64,000 nt of DNA. It comes from Nitrosopumilus sp. GTDB taxonomy: Archaea > Thermoproteota > Nitrososphaeria > Nitrososphaerales > Nitrosopumilaceae. The DNA lies in NCBI GenBank assembly GCA_965218785.1, contig OZ244650.1, forward strand, positions 320,001-384,000, read 5' to 3'. This document shows positions 61,002 to 64,000 of the stretch, piece after piece. The position numbers were made by a program, and so were the translations under genes. Numbering within the stretch: position 1 is the stretch's first letter; the number at the start of each line of letters is the position of its first letter. The notes beneath the pieces were generated by a model that saw only the letters and a program-made list of their open reading frames with translations, was not told where the DNA came from and did not search any database.

Positions 61002-61105
61002 ACTTTTTTCCAAATCCCCAAAAACCTCAGATCCCTGTAAACTTTTGACTATTTTGTAGATTTTGAGTGAAGTTTAGTGAGAAGATACTCTTTGAACAGT
61101 GGCAT

Positions 61106-61333
61106 GGCAACTATGGTATCTGGACGTGGGATATTGCGTTCCATCCAAGTGATGTTTGGGGAATAATTGACAAGCATAACAAGACTCAAGTGTCGGCAAG
61201 GGAGCATACAAAGTGTCCCAATTGCTTCATGATTGCATAGTCAAGGCAGGAGATTGAGAATGAGTTTGGATTCAGAAACATGAATGGAATTAGCAGACCT
61301 AAATCGTGGTGCAGAGGGTGCAGGACGGCATGA
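61106..61333 (+). pseudogene. Remnant of type III res 3' end
   Basis: GNYGIWTWDIAFHPSDVWGIIDKHNKTQVSA..CPNC..FGFRNM..SWCRGCR aligns with Res C-terminus (45254-45484); in-frame TAG at 61238. Confidence 0.92.
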
Positions 61334-61449
61334 ATTCTACATAAAACACAATTCGGAAAATGTATCTTTTCAGACTAATCTGTCTTCCATAATATAACAG
61401 AGTCATTTATCTAAATGTTTAAGTTTATACAAATTTAGAACATACATAA

Positions 61450-62652
61450 TTGTCAAAAAAGAACAATCCTTTCAATCCTGGATCTGGGGCAGTTCCGCCC
61501 TATTTGGCAGGTCGCAGATTTGAATTAGAATCATTTTCAAAAATGTTGGCAAATATTCAGGATGATCAAATTGAAAATCTACTAATGTATGGATTAAGAG
61601 GTACAGGAAAAACCGTTCTAATGAATGAATTCAACAAAATGTGTAGAACTAAAAAATTACTACCTATAAAAAGACCTCAATTTAATCTAAAATACTGTGA
61701 TCCTGTTGAATTTACTAAATCTCTCAAATACGATTTACGAATAGCCATAGAAACTTTTTCAAAAATTAAAAAACTAGAGAGGAAATTTCTTTCTTCTGTT
61801 AATTATCTTAAACCTAAAAGTGCCGGTATACCCGGTATGTTTTATTACGAGCCTTCATACAAGTCTACCTCCAATATTCCATTAGAAGATCACCTAAAAT
61901 CTTATTTGGTTAAAAATTGGGAAATAATTAAAAATAGTGACTATGATGGTGTTGTTTTTCTTTTTGATGAATTCCATGCTATCAAAGACATTAAATCTAA
62001 AGGTTGGTTTACATTAGCTGATTTTTTAGGAGTTATTAACGAAGTCCAAAATCAAGGATGTGGATATTATGTTGTGTTATGTGGCTTGCCAACATTACAA
62101 ATTAATGTTAAAGAATCAAGATCCTATTCTGAAAGAATGTTTAAGTCATTAGAGATTTCCAACTTAAAACCAAATGAAGCAAAATCTGCAATAATTGAAC
62201 CATTAAAGAAGAGCAGCTATAAATTTACATCAAATTTAGTTACTAAAATTGTTAATGATACGGAAAGTTATCCATATTTTGTTCAATTTTACTGCAAAGA
62301 AATAATCAATAATACCAATAAAAAAAATATCACGATAAAGGATTATGAATTAATTAAAAATTCCATCATTCAACAGTTGGAATATAATTTCTTTGATCCA
62401 CGGATGGAAATGTTAAGTAATGATGAAAGAATTGTTCTTAATTCTATGTCAACTATTAAAAATAAAAATATTCCATTTAAAATCATTGAACTAAAATCAA
62501 AAATGGATAAAAGAAAACTTTCAAAATATCTCATTAGATTGGAAGAAAAAGGTCTTGTGTACAAGCATACTCATGCTGTTTATCGTTTCTCAGTTCCAAT
62601 GTTAAGGAATTATCTTCTGCATAAAATGTCGACAAAAAATGTCGACTATTGA
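61450..62652 (+). CDS. P-loop AAA/STAND-like ATPase with C-terminal winged HTH
   Basis: NPFNPGSG..PPYLAGR, GLRGTGKT, FLFDEFH, SYPYFVQ, RLEEKGLV. Confidence 0.88.
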   Translation: MSKKNNPFNPGSGAVPPYLAGRRFELESFSKMLANIQDDQIENLLMYGLRGTGKTVLMNEFNKMCRTKKLLPIKRPQFNLKYCDPVEFTKSLKYDLRIAIETFSKIKKLERKFLSSVNYLKPKSAGIPGMFYYEPSYKSTSNIPLEDHLKSYLVKNWEIIKNSDYDGVVFLFDEFHAIKDIKSKGWFTLADFLGVINEVQNQGCGYYVVLCGLPTLQINVKESRSYSERMFKSLEISNLKPNEAKSAIIEPLKKSSYKFTSNLVTKIVNDTESYPYFVQFYCKEIINNTNKKNITIKDYELIKNSIIQQLEYNFFDPRMEMLSNDERIVLNSMSTIKNKNIPFKIIELKSKMDKRKLSKYLIRLEEKGLVYKHTHAVYRFSVPMLRNYLLHKMSTKNVDY

Positions 62653-62899
62653 TTTTAGTATGAAATGTCGACAAAGTCGACAAAAAATGTCGACTATTGA
62701 TTTTAGTATGAAATGTCGACAAAGTCGACAAAAAATGTCGACTATTGATTTTAGTATGAAATGTCGACAAAGTCGACAAAAAATGTCGACTATTGATTTT
62801 AGTATGAAATGTCGACAAAGTCGACAAAAAATGTCGACTATTGATTTTAGTATGAAATGTCGACAAAGTCGACAAAAAATGTCGACTATTGATTTTAGT
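62623..62899. repeat. 48-bp perfect tandem array (5 full units plus partials) containing 17 GTCGAC palindromes
   Basis: GTCGACTATTGATTTTAGT recurs at 62641, 62689, 62737, 62785, 62833, 62881. Confidence 0.95.
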
Positions 62900-62908
62900 G
62901 AATAAATA

Positions 62909-63097
62909 GTGACCCCGTACGAGATCGCTAAAGCGATCTCGTACGTGTTACCATATTTTTTTTTGTATATCGTCATCCAAGGGGTCGTGGTAATTGCAAG
63001 AAAAGTGCGTAATGACCTGATGACTGCAGATGGAATAAGGCTGTTTGGGATATTGATGACGTACATTCTGACATGGCACAGATGGGGGAGGAGCTAA
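62909..63097 (+). CDS. Small two-TM membrane protein
   Basis: Two hydrophobic segments; GTG start. Confidence 0.45.
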   Translation: MTPYEIAKAISYVLPYFFLYIVIQGVVVIARKVRNDLMTADGIRLFGILMTYILTWHRWGRS

Positions 63098-63245
63098 ATA
63101 CGACAGAAAAACTGCCTTGAGATACTAGGGTCGATCTAATCATTTACAGCACGATCTGACTAAAATTTATATTCCTGACATACTACACAATAGCGATCAG
63201 ATGACTCAAACTGCACAGAGTCAGGGCGCTGTTCCGCAGCTAAAG

Positions 63246-63262
63246 AATCCCGCCGAGGGCGC
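63246..63262. repeat. att repeat of tRNA-Asp 3' end
   Basis: Identical to 53737-53753. Confidence 0.92.
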
Positions 63263-63328
63263 TTTAATCCTTATCATGGTACGCAATGAACAAAATTCGT
63301 GCTTGAATCAAAATGGATTTTGGGGGTC

Positions 63329-64000
63329 ATGGCAAAAAGGCTATAGATCGATATTCACAGATCCAAAGATAGGATGAATCTGCAAAGAATAGGATCACAA
63401 AATTGTTTCCAGCCAACGCCCCTATTGTCTGTAAATTTTTGGACAGACTGCGGCTGGAGAACAAATCCCGGAGAAGAGTTGCAAACTGCAGAATGCTCGC
63501 GCAGAATACTGGGAATAAAATCCGACACGTTAATTGATTCATGGAACAGGGAGGACATTGAATATGTACACAGGATGATTACAGAATCCAGATATGCGAA
63601 TTCTGTAAAAAAAGATACCCTGTCCACCCTGAAGCGGTTATATCACTATTCCATTCACAACAAGATTGCAGACAAGAACAAGGGAAAAGAATACGACAGT
63701 AATGTATCCTGGATTACACCCGGTGCATTCCGAGACCGCTATGAAAAGATTCAGGCGGGAGATCTGTTAACTGATGATGAGATTCTCAAATTAATTCAGG
63801 GAATAAAAAAGATTGGAGGAAGATACGTAAAGCGAAACATAGCACTAGTCTTCGTGCTCTTTGAAGGGGGCATATCGTCTCGGAGAACTTGAACATCCGG
63901 ATTGCCGGAATAGAGTTCAAAGATAACTTGTGCGAATACACACGACTGGCAAGATCGGACCAAAGTCACTTGTACTAGTTGCAAGCTTTGAACCTATACG
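63329..64000 (+). pseudogene. Decayed integrase paralogous to 53860-54984 (start of a further tandem element D)
   Basis: MAKRL*IDIH start with premature TAG; VSWI, DLLTDDEI, VLFEG then frameshifted AYRLGE / NIRIAGIEFKDN; runs off the window. Confidence 0.88.

Larger units (their letters stand above)
53737..63262. mobile_element. ~9.5 kb integrative element (C) at tRNA-Asp
   Basis: 17-bp direct repeat AATCCCGCCGAGGGCGC at 53737-53753 and 63246-63262; integrase next to the tRNA. Confidence 0.92.

Noticed and set aside
62534-63066. ORFs 62534-62875, 62602-63066 and 62639-62905
   Set aside because: Open only because the 48-bp unit is a multiple of three; overlapping on both strands
53737-63262. 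Element C as a provirus or conjugative element
   Set aside because: No recognisable capsid, terminase, VirB4/VirD4 or relaxase

Overview
Archaeal chromosome segment whose genes and intron-containing tRNAs point to a Nitrosopumilus-like thaumarchaeon (inference). About 1-41.5 kb is mostly core genome: a Dam-family methylase, coaD, trpS, pheST, aconitase, pdxST, valS, a QueD-like gene, purB, rtcB, rps11 and five tRNAs, two of which have two introns each. It also holds a small AT-rich islet beside tRNA-Ile, a candidate K-turn/H-ACA-like sRNA and several short ORFs missed by the ORF track. From 41.5 kb to the end is an integration hotspot around a divergent tRNA-Lys/tRNA-Asp pair, with four tyrosine integrases (at least one decayed). 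A ~9.8 kb element at tRNA-Lys (14-bp att repeats) carries a type III R-M system and a divergent TGT-like gene. A ~9.5 kb element at tRNA-Asp (17-bp att repeats) carries an actin-like ATPase and an AbrB-like protein sharing an identical 14-bp promoter, a Topo VI-A/Mini-A-like protein, several tandem arrays including an RY-alternating tract, and a decayed copy of the neighbour's res 3' end. The best candidate for an undescribed system is the actin-like/AbrB/repeat/Mini-A module, possibly an archaeal ParMRC-like segregation unit. All family calls are by motif recognition only; no searches were run.
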